Source: Raillietiella orientalis (taxonomy: Eukaryota). From it: DNA of 64,000 nt. Under the pieces are notes generated by a model. That model had not been told where the DNA came from. It worked only from the letters and a program-made list of their open reading frames with translations, and searched no databases. The DNA lies in assembly GCA_036172245.1 (NCBI GenBank), contig JAYWIR010000109.1:1-64000 (forward strand), written 5' to 3'. Positions 12,901 through 26,300 of the stretch are shown one piece after another. The translations under genes and the position numbers were made by a program. How positions within the stretch are numbered: position 1 is the stretch's first letter; every line of letters starts with the position of its first letter.

Positions 12901-15900
12901 GTCTTTCATTGCATCGGGCACTCTGAAAGCTCTTCCAGATCAAGAATATGCGCTCCCGTGGTGCCCAGAGGTAATTTTTTGCCCGTTATGTCCAGGTGGT
13001 AGAGTCCGTTCCCAGATGAATCGCTGCATACCAAACCCTTCGATCTCCCCAAGCTGCGGAGCAGGTTTCTGAAAGCCGCTGGCTTCGTGGATGAAAAAGA
13101 AGCTGACTTCCTCCTGCTCAGGATCGCCCCTAGAACTCGCGACGACGAAGAACCGCTGCCGACCTTCTTCCACCTTCCAACTTGCACCCAACATCTCAAA
13201 CATTGATCTTCCTCCATCCCAAGAAACGAATGTTGCTGCAATGTTCTTCTCCTGAACTCCTCAGCTGCAAGGGAACAAACTGTTCCTGAAATCAACATAT
13301 CGGCAACTCCACTCTCTAGAAATGGAAAGGAATGATAGCCGCAGCATGAACAGGAGAGAGCACTCCGGAACCAGCACGAGAAGTGATGAGAGATCACGTT
13401 TTCTCGATCCGTCACTTCGGACAACGTTCGTCTCAGGAAGCAAGCAAAAATAAATTGCAATAACCTGGAGGAAGAAGAATCTTCTAGTGCGACTACGACT
13501 TGAATCCGCCTTGCAATCTCAGCGTGTCTCAACAACGCTGTCGTAAGCAATGGGATTCTTTCCTGTTTTGTAGTGACCTCACCTCTGGTCATCTGACTTC
13601 ATGCAATCAGATTAGACGTGGATGAGGAAGTGGTTCCAGGCGGGGATTTCCGGTTCGTTTAAATAAAGAACCATCATAAAACATCATATTCAAAGTGTCT
13701 CCGGTTCTACCTTCCCTGGTAATCCCCACAGTTCAATGGCTGACGAGAGACCGATGATGATAGGTGAAGAAACAGAAATAAGAACTGCTTTCTGATGATG
13801 AATGGAGAAAGCTGCTTCCCTTTCCAGTAAGAACAGCTTTGTCTGCGGCTAATCGCAATCTGGCTCTTGGTCTTGTCATTGTTTTGTTCTTTTAGAATTT
13901 TTAAGAAACGCATCGAACGTTACTGTTCTTGTACTGCAAGAAAAACAACGCTTTGCAAAATGAGATCATTTTGAACTAGGAATGTGTGACCAGCAAAGGT
14001 AGTCCGGAAAGTCTCTTGAAACCTCGAGATACACCATTACGAAGGGGATCATGAATGCTATTTCCAGCAGAGTCTTTCTCTTCCCCTAAGACTTTCAATA
14101 GAGATGAGGCAACCAACATGATCGGGTCAGGTTGCACATCCAGATTGCAACGAGGCACCACCACCGTTATGATGATACCTGCGCATTGAAATCGCGATTA
14201 CCAATAAATTCACAGTTGATGAAGACGTTCATATGATTGCACTCTCATGAGCAGGTTAAAGAAAAGAAAAAAAAAGACGCAACTTTTAGGTAGAAGCATC
14301 TGTGCACGGCTCCATCGCCGACTTTGGTCAGCAAATGGTTTCCTTGGACGCGAAGACTTCAGTCGTTGCTCTAATTCAACCCTAGAACTGGTTTTAAGAA
14401 AAGCAAATATAACGCTGCAGACATCCGAACGCAACAGCGGAGGTTTATGCAGGTGAACCGAGTTCCACCACGTGTCGGTGTGCTTGCAATGCGACAACAC
14501 CTTGAGCTTTTAGGTCAACAGCGCATCAAGTCTCTTGAACTGCAGATTACCAGCTCGAGAGAAAACGCTGCAGACAGCGTTTTCTCACCTGTTAAGGACA
14601 TGTTCAAGTATTTTCTTTGAGAAATACCAGCAGCCTGCCACCAAAACCCATCGAATCCCAACACTGGAATATTTTGATATATATACATTTTCTCCCCCCC
14701 GATATTTGTTCATTCATCTCCCTTCTTTCGGCTCTCTCATTCTCTCTCGACTTCAACCAACACGGGATTTCAAAGCTTTTTACTGCCGTGATTTGCACTC
14801 AGTCTTTCTCTTTTTTGCTTTTAAAGTCAGATGACGAATTGAAATGGCTTCCTACGACGCGTAGCTTTTTACGCTGCGCCTACTTTTCTTTTGTATACAT
14901 TAGCCATTGAGAAGAATTTCTCGAGCGGAAAATTTCCCGTACAGGAACCATTAGATTCTTTCTTCCATAGCTCCTTGCACTAGAGCTCTCGGTTTGGCAA
15001 GGTTATTGGTAATACCATTTGCCGCAAGAAACACCTAACAAGAAAACATCTTCACTCACAAAAACTGAGTACTCTTGAGAAAAGAACACAGCTCACTCTC
15101 TTTTTCAACCTTGCGCTCCTAGGAAAAGCAAAAGAATTCAACTCTTGAATCAATAATTGCTTTTGATTTTTGAGTGCTTGCTTCCAAAAAAAGCCACGAC
15201 TAACTCAGGATCCTGAAAGGCAAGACAATTTAATAATGAGGCTTCCAAGCTGTAAGATCGTCTTAGAGGAACTTCTATGAGAATACAGGTTACTTGTTCC
15301 TGATCGTTTTCACTTCACAGCCAATGCATTACCAAGGCTAGGATAGAAGATTTTCTCCATAACTCTTGTTTGCTGAATGCATTCGATGGACGTTGGACAT
15401 TTCGGAGTGATAACTCGTGATCCTGGCACTCCCTCATGCCGTAGAGACTCTGGGCGTCTTTCGAGATCTCTTGCCCATTACACCTTGATCCCACTTCCTA
15501 CCAATCGGTCGAGATGGAGCGTACCGATGCTATGGAGATGGAGCGTACCGAAAGTGTGACGTTTGAAGAACGCTGACCTAACAAATCCAGGTAACCGCAT
15601 CAGCAACATCTATCGTGGGACCTTCACATTGTAAGTTGCGTACAAAACCAAACTATGAGAGGCTGAACACACTTCCGAAGAAAGCCGCCCTCTTCAGAGA
15701 AGCGAAACCGACTAAATTGTGCGATGTGTGGCAAGCACTGTTATCTCGGTCTCTGTCCAGAACGAGTGCAATCTTTGACCTATGCAATAGAGCTCTCTTA
15801 GCCTTGGACATCAATCCCTCCATTCTCTTGTGATTCTTGCCTTCTTCAGCAGCATGTTTTTATTTCACTTTTCATTTGCAGTTGTTCTCTTCTGATCTTG

Positions 15901-18900
15901 TTTTGAATTCTTTCTGCTCCTTGTTTTCGTTACTGTTTTTCCTGTAGCAGATTCTTCTCCGGAAATCTACTACAAGGAGAATGAGACACAGTCCCCTAGG
16001 GATTCCCATCCTTTAGTCGCATTGCTCAACTACCTGTCACAGAGCATAGACAGGACACAAAAGAAAAGGGCACTCGTACCTACCTTTCTTCCCCTTTACA
16101 ATGCTCACCGACCTCACAAAGTCGAGAATTCTGGGGACTGCGTTGGGATCCAATTAAGATTCTTCCCCGTTTCGTGGGTTCTATAGATTGCGCAACAATT
16201 CCTCATATTCACCTACATGAGAAGCGTCCGTTCATTTTTTTTTATACATAAGATTATAGGATATCAAAGATTCCAATTAGAATTTGCCTCAAAACTTTGC
16301 CCTGGTACTAAAGGGTTCTTTTGAAAGTGATGGTCACATCAGATATGACAGAAGACAACTTGAGTAGTGCAAATACTTTGATCATAAAAGAGGTCCCAAC
16401 AGCCATATCAGAATGAAGGCGTCAAAGAAAAAGGTATAGGTAGGCGGACTAAGAGTATTTTATTGGCACACTCTACAGAAAGTCTGCAATCCAATATAGG
16501 CACCTACTGAGCATCCTGCTAAACAATCCCTTTGGCAGGCTTCCTTACTCCTGCTGAACAGCCAAGGCATTAGAAATGGACTTCAGTTTCCCCATCCAAC
16601 AGTCATGGAAGGAGCATACCCAAATTGGGAGAACGGAAAGATGATACTTCTGAATGGGACAATGATAACAACTGCTTCATTTTAACATGGTGTTCAGCTC
16701 CCTTTTAAAGATGCAGAGAAACAGGTTTTACTGAAGCACACCATGTATCCAAGGTGTGCTTCAGTATAACCATGCATGATGCCTTCACCATGCATGATGC
16801 CCTCACGGTGAGATCCAATGACTCCAAGTTACAAAAGCCATCCTCTCAGTGGACACAGATCTCACCTAAGTGGTTGTTTCACAGTTCATGTTTACATGAT
16901 TAGCAGTGATGCAGACAGCAGCTAAGTTCATCAGTGACTCACAGAAATACACATCTGTGCATGTTTGCAAAATTTCCATGCAAACAAGGCCTACCCTGGC
17001 AATCAGAGAATACGAAAATCATGATTGCAGGAATTCCAATGAGCTGGTAAACAGTCTTTTGCAACAGTAAGTCAGGGGACAGACAACTTTTTGAACACAG
17101 AAGATGCAACAGCACCATCAAGCCCAGTTGCATGGAACAATTCACAAGGAAATTTGGAGACTAGGAAGTGCATACTCAGACTTACCATAATTAAACAATG
17201 AATGCATGTTACTACAAAGCTTACAGGTAGAAACTTGGTCTTGAAAAGGAAATTGGAGCTGCATTCTTTTGGCAATATAGCTGTAATTCTTTGCCCCATA
17301 CTACATGTGGCTACAGTTGTTCAAGCATGCAGTCCGACCTGTTCATCTTCTGCATCCAAACCCAATCCCCACATCTGTAAAAACCAACTTTCTGTATGGG
17401 ACAACATGAAAGAACATGGTTAGGATGCAAAGCATTCTGAAGGTAACATGACTGCTACACTCAACTGATAAAGCTACCTGTCTGTCAGTGTAATAGTAAA
17501 CTCTGTATGGCTGTACATCAAAGCCATTGCACTATATGAGGCTAACTACCTCAACTACAGTAGCTGCAAAAACAACCAGTACATAAACCTATAGTTTTGC
17601 CACCATTCCCATATTCCCATGTAACAACTCTTCAGAAAGTCATTTGTGAGTAATAACTATTGTGATACAAGACATCAATTTTTTGTAAAAAGATATACAT
17701 ATTTGGAAACACTCCATTAAGAAACAAGTCACTAAAATTGCAAGTGATGCAAGAATGAAAAATAAATTTCTGAAGCAAAAGTACATGCAACTGGAATGCT
17801 AAATGTCATTTTGCACATTGTTTCATAAACCCAGTTCAATGTGAAATAAGCACATGAAAATCCTCACATTAACCTGATATTTTCTTTTTGATGTTTCTAA
17901 ATATACTCTTTGATCCAGATGAAAAAAACAGAAACAATACAGCTCAAATCATAACTGTTCCGTGGTTAAATGAACAGAATGATAAATGCTGCTTTGAGAA
18001 CAATAAATGCTGCTACTCTGTTTAAATGGATTTGTTGCAACATACTGGACACCTATTTGCAATGAAACTGTGCATTAGAGCATAAAAGGCAAATGTTTCA
18101 TCAGTGTAGAACCAAATAATATTAACCGAAGCTACCTAGCCATTTCAATCATCACGACTGGTTCATATTTTAGAGACTGAAATGTTCACGTTTAACTTGA
18201 ATGTTGCAACTGTCAGTTTTCAATTTTCATGACGTCCAACAATTTCGCTATGCATTTTGAAACATGCAATCTTGAAGGAAAAATGAAAAAACAAACAGTT
18301 TCAGAAAAGCTTGCAGGAGTATCCTATTCATGGGCACTCCTGATCAGCTAACGGATATCTTTCTTCTATACATGACAAAACGCGTTAATTTTGGTATTAC
18401 CATAACTACTAGGCATGAAAAAGACTACCCCCTCTTGGAAATAGATTCATTTTGTTTAGTACTTGAATGAAGACCCTCCTGAGAACCCGTGTGCTGTACA
18501 CAACACATACATATATAACGTCTGCCTTTAAGTTATGGAACGTATTTCAAGTGATTCCCATTTTATCGATTCCTTTTTTCCCCTTTCTCTCTCTTTCGCT
18601 CTTTTCATTGCTTATGACAAGTTTTTTGCTATATCATCCCTCTTTGACCTTGCTCCATTAAATAACTTTAATATGGATCTTATTTTAAAAGGGTAGTATA
18701 AAAATCACTGAAACTACAACAGCGTTTACTCACCGCATACACATGGAGAATCCCTAGCCAGAGTTGCCAGATATTCACAAGGAACCTGTGGTATGCTTTT
18801 CAATGTAACCCAGCTTCCCAGTCAAATCAAACTTGTGCATATCCTTGAAAAATTCATCCACAATAAATAGTTATTATTAGATTATGTAAAAAATTATCTA

Positions 18901-20994
18901 AAGATTATTCAAATCATCTCATCAAATGCTGTTTAATTATTCAAAACAATTATTTAGGGATTATTAAGAATTCGAAATAAATCATTGCAGTCTGGTTTTT
19001 AAGTCTTCTTTACTAATTTTATTTTGAAAAATTCCAATAAATGGCAGGAGAATTGATATTTGTCTTAATGTTTTATTGCATATCATATTTCCTTTTAGAG
19101 GCTTACATTCCATTCCAAAATTTTGCCTATCATTGACTATTCTTGCATGTACTCAAGGAACAATCCATATTCATCTTTTCTCCAAACCACAGACATCCAT
19201 ATGAAAATTCGCCCCGGCGAAGCACTGAGCACAGGTATGAAGTGGAATAACTAATTAACTCAAAATGAATTACCGAAAATGACCTCGGGAATAAACCTAT
19301 TTGCAGCCTATCATATGTCATTAATCAGAATATCTGTTTTTTAGTGAAAAGTTTCGAGGATAACTTCTAAAAGAATATCGTTGTGGATTCGTGCCCAGAT
19401 AGCTACTCCACTATCTTACTGATTCAAAAATGCTACTTGCTACTTGTTGCTACTTGTTGATTACTAAAAACTGATAACTAGATACATTGCAAGTATGGCC
19501 AGGAATGCTTCATTCACCAGACTGGATGGAATCCTCCACATGGAACAGATAGAGAGCACGTCTCAGGAGGGAGCCTTCTTCCCATGACAACCGCTGGAAA
19601 CGCTAAAAGAGAACCAGAAGCTTCCAGAGAATGAAGGAGGAACGCGAAGGCACTGAGCCAGCAGCACCCATGCTGGTGAGCCAGGCACCCATGTTGCAGT
19701 ACGCAGCCTCCGACTGTACGGTTGATGCGACCCTCCTTGCATTCTCTTAGCAGCTTGTGAAGAAAAGGGGCCATGGCAGTGAGAGAAATACAAGAGACTC
19801 GAGGAAGGAGCTCCACGGGAAGATGAACCGAGACGGCGAGATTTGGAGAAACCTCGGGTCCAAACCGCTAGAGTTCTCCTCCTCCTCCTTTCCTTTTGTT
19901 CTCATGGGCACACCGAGCGCCGGGTGGCCTAAAAGCAAACACCTGCCTTGCCCCACTGTGGACATCCGGAGAGTACTTCGAACTTCCAGCTGCTCGAGCC
20001 TTTCCCATCCTCGACCTCACCTTCCATTCGTCGCCTCGGACGCGCGCCTTGCAGACGGCGTTTCTCCTGGAAGCTCCGTCCGCAGAGAGCATGCAAAGGA
20101 CAGGAATTGAACGAAAGGAGGGAGGATGGGAAGAGAAGACTCTACAGGGATATCGAAACTATAGGGAAGTGGAGGAGGGGGGGAAGCAGGGAAATTTATC
20201 ACCATTCCCTTCCCTTTCTGCATACTGAAGGCCCATTCCTTGGAGATGCTGGAAGAGGTACACACCACCACCGAGTAGACCTCGACAAGAGAACATTCCG
20301 GTTCCATTGGGATAGGAGATCGGAAAAATGAGCGAGACGGGACTTTCCCTGAAACGCAAGGTGAATACGTCGCACGATGGAACCTCGGTTGCCTTCGCCA
20401 CCGCTCGGAACGCGAACTCGAGGGAACTACCGGAAGGTTGCTGAAGAAGACGTCGAAGAGGTGACAAAACTCAATCCCTTCTTCCGACCCTCTTAGCCAC
20501 CCACGAAAGAAACTTCCTCCCGGTAGATTCTTATACATCCCCCTACCTTAGACTTTCGTTCAAGGAAAAGAAAGGGGGTGGTCCATCTCTCGGGGACGTA
20601 CGCTCCTTGCTTGGATGCACCGGTCAAGGCACACTGCAGGCAATGAAAGCCAGAGGAGGACCTAGCGGATCCTCGGAGATGCTTCCTCGCTTGCCCGAGG
20701 TGCACCAGTCTTCTCCCTTCCAGTCCAAGGTGGCTGGAGGCACGGAAACTCCACGGAACGCTACGCAGAGCCACGAGCGCTGAGCACACACCTTGCTAGA
20801 AAAATCTCTCTTGGGCGCACTTTGCCGCTCAGCAACTCTCCCTACACGAATCCTTCATCTTTTCTCTAGCAATCCGACTAGAGGAGAGGAGGGAATGTTT
20901 GTACGAGAATGGGAACTCCTCCAGGAAGATCGTGGAACCGAAGAACATCAGGCAGACCGGCTCCGCCTTTCAGAGCCGCGCTGGCTTACCATCC

Positions 20995-21110
20995 TTCCCT
21001 CCTCCGTCTCTTCTTCCCTTCCTCCTCCCCCTCCTCTTCCTCTTGCTCCCTTCCTTCTCCTCCTCCTCTTCCTCCCTTTCTCCTCCATCTCTTCCTCTTC
21101 CTTTCCCTGC
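20995..21110. repeat. Polypyrimidine (CT-rich) low-complexity tract upstream of Gsx
   Basis: Runs of cctcct/cttctt read directly. Confidence 0.8.
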
Positions 21111-21313
21111 ATCCGCCGATCAACCGCCACGCGTCACGCACGCCGGAGGCGGGGCGCCTCCATCCACGCATCCAATGGAGCGAGCAGTCGCGCGGCGGGA
21201 CGGTTCCCCTTCCTCCCTCTCCTCCCGTCCCTTCCGGGAGAAGCGGCTGCAAGGTGAAGGGACAGGTCGCCCGGAGCTCATTCGCGCCCGCGGAGCAGCG
21301 CCGGCCGTCCGCC

Positions 21314-23331
21314 ATGTCGGCGACCTTCACGGTGGAGGCGCTCATACGAGGGGACACCGAGCGTGTGGCCTGGCTGCGGCGGCGCCAACAACAGCCTTGC
21401 GGCGGCGGCACCGAGGTCGGCAGCAGCGTCTTCCCCATCGGGGAGTTTCCCGTCCGCGTCCCGGAGGGCGCGTGGTGCCGTAGGCGATCCTTCCCGCCCG
21501 CTCCGGTGCCAGCAAGCTCCCTCCCGCCCTTCGCTTCGCCGCCTTTTTTCTCCGGTTGCTGCACCCTGCCCTTCTCAGGCAGCTTCTTCGAGGGAAGTCC
21601 CGCCGGCTCTCGAGCGCGCACACCATCCATCTCGGGCTACCTCGGGAAGCGAGCCGCCGGCGGCAAGGAAGATGACCCGACCGACCGTGAGTCCGACCTC
21701 TTTCTTTGGGTTTCCTCCCGCGCGTGGACCGGGTGGCCGAAGGGCGTATCCCCGTCCGGGACAAGCCCTGCTGGGACGAGAGATTCGAAGACACGCGCCG
21801 CCCGAGAAGGCGCCTCTCCTTCGGAAGTCTTCCTGGTCCAGCCTGCCCTCCCTCCGGGCCCATTTCTTCCCCGGGAGAACTCTCCTGGTTCCTGACGGGC
21901 CGCCGCTGAAAAGGAAAATTTCAGGCAGCGGTTAAGGTGCGCGAAATGCGAAGGGGTAGAGGGTAAGGTGGAGTCGCGTAGGGTGAGGACGGGAGTGAGG
22001 AGAAAGGTGGGAGCGTGGGCATGGAAACGTCGGACAGCGGAGACAGTGTTGTGATGAGAGGGCAAGCGCCTTCCTGGAGAAAAGTGTGTTTCGAGGCCTC
22101 AGAGAGGGAATGCGTCGGGGGAGCAGAAGGTGGCGCAGGGTGCCAGCAGGAGCGCTTCCCTTCGCAGGAACCTCGCGGGCTCGTACCAACCTCGAAAACC
22201 CTGCGGATCCCCGTCCTCTCGTCGAACGTCCAACGACATTGTCCAGCATCCCTGTGAGAGAAGGAAGAAGCAGCCCGTCAGCTATCAGGTTCGGGCGGCG
22301 TCCCCTCTCGGTTCAAGAATCTCCGGGATGAGTCCCCGCCAGCGGAACCCTGATGGCCACGGGGGAAAAAAAGGGTTTTGTCTTCGGCTTGCTACGGGGT
22401 GCGGTCGATCGGTGGGATGCGGGGAAAGAAGAGATGAAGGAGGAAGGGAGGAAGAAGATAGAGAGAGGAAGGGGAGGAAAGGAGGAAGAGCATCCGTCCG
22501 CCGCTGCCATTTCCGGTGGAGGTTGTTGCGGGTACCCGGCATGGCGCCCTTGTCGCACCTCCAAACGCCGTGAGAATGCGCTGGAAATCCTCCCATCATA
22601 GGGGCGCGCTTACCAGCAGGAACCCCAGAGGACGGACGGTCTCTCTCCGCTCGAGCCCCCCCAATCCTCCAATGCTGCCTGACCTTTACGCACTTCGGAA
22701 GGCCGGTCTCCGCATTGCTGCACTCCCCATTCCTCGCCTACGCCTGCGTCTCCACCGAACATACTCCTGTCTCCGTTTACCCCGCGCAGGGCCCTCCTTC
22801 GTCAGCAGCTTGAAGGCTGTCCTTGTCCACGAAAGCCCAGAAGGAAAGGGGGGATGGAGTGGGGAAGCACGCTGTGGATCACGTGATCTTTCTCTTCCAG
22901 CTCCCACGCCGGCCATCGAGTCGAGCTGCAAGAGGAACCGCACAGCCTTCAGCAGCGTGCAGCTGCTGCAGCTGGAGCGGGAGTTCTCCTCCAACATGTA
23001 CCTCACCCGCCTGCGGCGCATCGAGATCGCCAACTGTCTCGACCTCTCGGAGAAACAGGTCAAGATCTGGTTCCAGAACCGCCGCGTGAAGCTCAAAAAG
23101 GAAGGGGTCGCGCCGACCTCGGCCTCTTCTCGGGATTACCCTGAGGTCGCTGGATGCACCTGCCGCCTCAGAGCGCTGAGGGCAAAGGACGCCAGACCCA
23201 CGACCACTAGGTTGGCGGACGACAGGGAAGAGGGAAAGCCGCCTTCCCCGGAGGGAGCAGGAGGTCTTCGGAATCCACGTCCCCCGATCCTCATTCCCAG
23301 TACACCGGACCGCGTCCCAGAAGGCGGATGA
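21314..23331 (+). CDS. Gsx: Gsx/ind ParaHox homeobox transcription factor; simplest model exon 1 21314-21686 + exon 2 22901-23331 (~267 aa); an in-frame acceptor at 22790 could add sequence
   Basis: N-terminal [11 protein letters not shown] matches the Gsx MSRSFxVDSLI repressor motif. Homeodomain [59 protein letters not shown], followed by the CxC motif (GCTC). GTGAGT donor at 21687 and ttccAG acceptor at 22900 are both phase 1. Confidence 0.93.
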
Positions 23332-26300
23332 CCGATCTTTGCCCTTCCTCTCCTCCCTCCACCTTCTTCCAGCTCCAGCTCCCACCACCAAAAAGTTCCG
23401 AAAGCGGCGACCACGCGGCCGTGCACTGGTGTGGTTCGATGAACAGGCGGTAAGCGAGCGAAGGGCACGTACTCTCATTCGCCCCCGACCAAACCTCGTT
23501 TTCCTCGCGCCGCCTCCTCCCTTCCTCGTCCCCTGCGTCTTCCGCAGCTCCGTGGAAGGGAGCAGATGCAAATCCCAGCGTCAAGTTTCTTCAAGCTGCC
23601 GGTGAGGTCAATGCCAGCGGGGCAGCACAAACGCTGCTTTATCGTTAGAAGCACTCCGAGCAGGAACCCCACAACCATCGTTTGTCCCTTTTGAAAATGC
23701 ACACATTGCTGGCCACTCTACACACACGCAAGAGAAGAAAAAACACACACAAACAGCAATGCGAACGCGTGCCCATACGTGTTCCCTTGCAAATAAATCA
23801 AACACAGCAGTGTACTTTTGGATTGACCTTTCATTTATGTATTACTCCAATACTAAATACGAAAGATCACATCCTCCAGACAAAAATTCCCTGCCTTTCC
23901 GGGTTAACATCTGTTCGTCGAGGTGAGCTGGTGGGTTAATGATGGTGCGTGGACTACTCACTGTCGGACATCGAAGCAACAAAGTTTTCAACTATCTCTT
24001 TGCACTGATGCTGCCTCTTCTTCTTTTTCTTCTTTTCTTGTTGCTGTTTTCCCCTCCTCGAGCGACACTCAAGGAACGCACCTGTAATCGAACGAGGCTT
24101 CTCGCGGCTCGACCGGTGGGAAAGCTCCCGTTTGGACGAACAGCTGGAAACTCGTTCGGGAAGGAAGGGACAAAAGGGGGAAGAGTGAGCGATCTCGAAA
24201 TTGTGGAAAACGAGGGGTTCTGGAGTGCTTCACTACGGAAGCAGTCTAGCAATCAGCCGCTGGCAGCTCTGTACGAGCGCAACGAGGAAACCACGTGGCC
24301 TGCGCTCACGATGGCGCGATCTTCAAAAGAATGCGAGCAGAAGGCAAAAGCCAACCGCGAGAGAAACGCGTCCTGCCGCAGGTTTCTGGAGGCGGCCCGC
24401 GCTTTGGAGGCAAAGACAGGAAAGCGGATGTTAAACAGACAAACGAAAGGAAAAGTAGAGGGAGTGTTGAAGACGGGAAATGGGCCGATTCGGTTTCGAG
24501 GAGCGCTCGCGCCTTGCGGCCTACGCCACCGCCGCTGTTCCTGCTCCCTTCCTGATCTGAAAAGCCGTCCACTGTGTAAACACCCGTGGAGCGGACGTGG
24601 TCACGCCGTAATGGGGAGTTGTGACGGGTTGTGACTGGATGCCCGAGCAGGGGAGGAGGAGGGGCGGAGGGACGAACAAACGCTCGCGCGCGGTAGACGC
24701 TTGGAGGGCGACTTCGAGTGGGTGCCCCCTCGCTTCGTCACGGGTGCTGGAAATGAAAGGCCACCGAAATTTCGAGCCGTGTAAGCAGCGTTGGAACAGG
24801 AGCTTCACATTAGCTCCGGGGATGGAAGGAAAAGGTGGATGGTGAGGATGGGGGAGGGGAGGGACAAAGGAACGCTCTCGCAACTGGGGAGAGAGGGGAA
24901 GGTGAATGAGGGCTACACGTGAAAGGAGATTCGACGAGCACTCAAACGGTGGAAGCCAGCAATTTGGAAACGGTACCACCTCCACTGCTCTTTGTATATG
25001 CCCTATTTAGCTCGACTCAGTGTCTTTTCTTCCCCTCCTTCTCTCTTTCCCTACTCTTATTCCTGGAAAGTAAAGGGGTAGAGGTAGGAAGAGAGAGCTA
25101 GCGTCTCTTGGTACAGGCCGATCGACGCCGTCTTGAAGATCAGCCAAAAGTCAGGAGACGAGTGTGGAAGAGAAAGCGAAACTCGCCCGTTTCTATCTGC
25201 GGCGGACTCTCCCGTTCCTCAGCGAAAGGATGTCGCCTTGGAAACCTCACTGCACACTGATCTCCCGCGAACCAGCGGAGGGGGGAACTTTCCTGGTCCT
25301 GCAGTCCTCGGCAGCTGTATTACTCTCTTCCCCCCCCCCCTTCTTCCGGAGGGAGAAATGGAGGATTCCGAAAATGTGAAGACAAAACTGATGAGAAGCG
25401 GGAAGATGGGAAATCTGGGAGTCTTCACCTCCCAAGACCCGGAAACACCGCGGCGAACCACCTGTAGAGTGTCCTAGCACCGAGAGATCCTCTAGGATGG
25501 ATCGGACCGCTGAGCATAAGCGACTTTCCAGGAAGGTTCGGGAGAGCTCTGAGTCCAAGACCTTCGGAGGGGCTCCACTGCGATTGGTGGCTCCCACCCG
25601 CCTCACCTCGAAAAAATGCCCTTCTTCAGAGCCAGGAAGAATCATCCTTGCCTAATGGCCGAAAGCAGGCAGCGATTGAAGTTGCGCGGATCGAACGTGG
25701 CAGCAATTGAATTCTTTTTCTTTTTTTTCGCATGGATGCCGATCGTAGTCGCAGGACGGAGAGACCGCCGGGTTCCTCAGGAAACTTCGCTCACTCTTCC
25801 AGCGGAGCGAGCCCGACAGCAGGAGCCTACCGCGCGGCGCTGCTCTCGGGCGCCCACGTTCTCTTCAGCCCGGCATGCTCCTCGAGTCCGCTGGTATTAT
25901 GGCCGCGTATTGACGGAATGTGCGTAGCAGGATTCCCAGCAGACCCAGGAGCTCTCCCAGGACTCCGAAGAAGGGGGAAGAGGTGAGAAGTTCTCTCTCC
26001 CTTCTGCTGGCTCCTCTTTTTTTGCGCATCATCATCGGCTGCGCTGCCATCTTTCCTCTTTCTTGAGGAAGGCCTCCCTATTCCTCTCGGGTTCCCTCGA
26101 GCTGGAAGGATGGAGCCACTGCTTGGGGACGTCTTGGGTTACCAGCTCCGACCCGGCTTCTGGCCAATTGCTACTGGTCCGGAGGAGCAGGAAGAGCGAG
26201 GATGCCATCAAGATCTTCCAAGCATACGTTCCCTTTCTCCTGCTTCTTTACTGAGAGGAGCAGCGCCTCCCAAGAACTTCCTGCCTATCTTCCATCCCTC

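Noticed and set aside
6340..20800. Idea that the broken minus-strand frames are a dynein heavy chain relic
   Set aside because: Only faint resemblances (LLRHAEIARRI, LALLDPM); no intact P-loop and motif spacing does not fit. Not supportable without a profile search.
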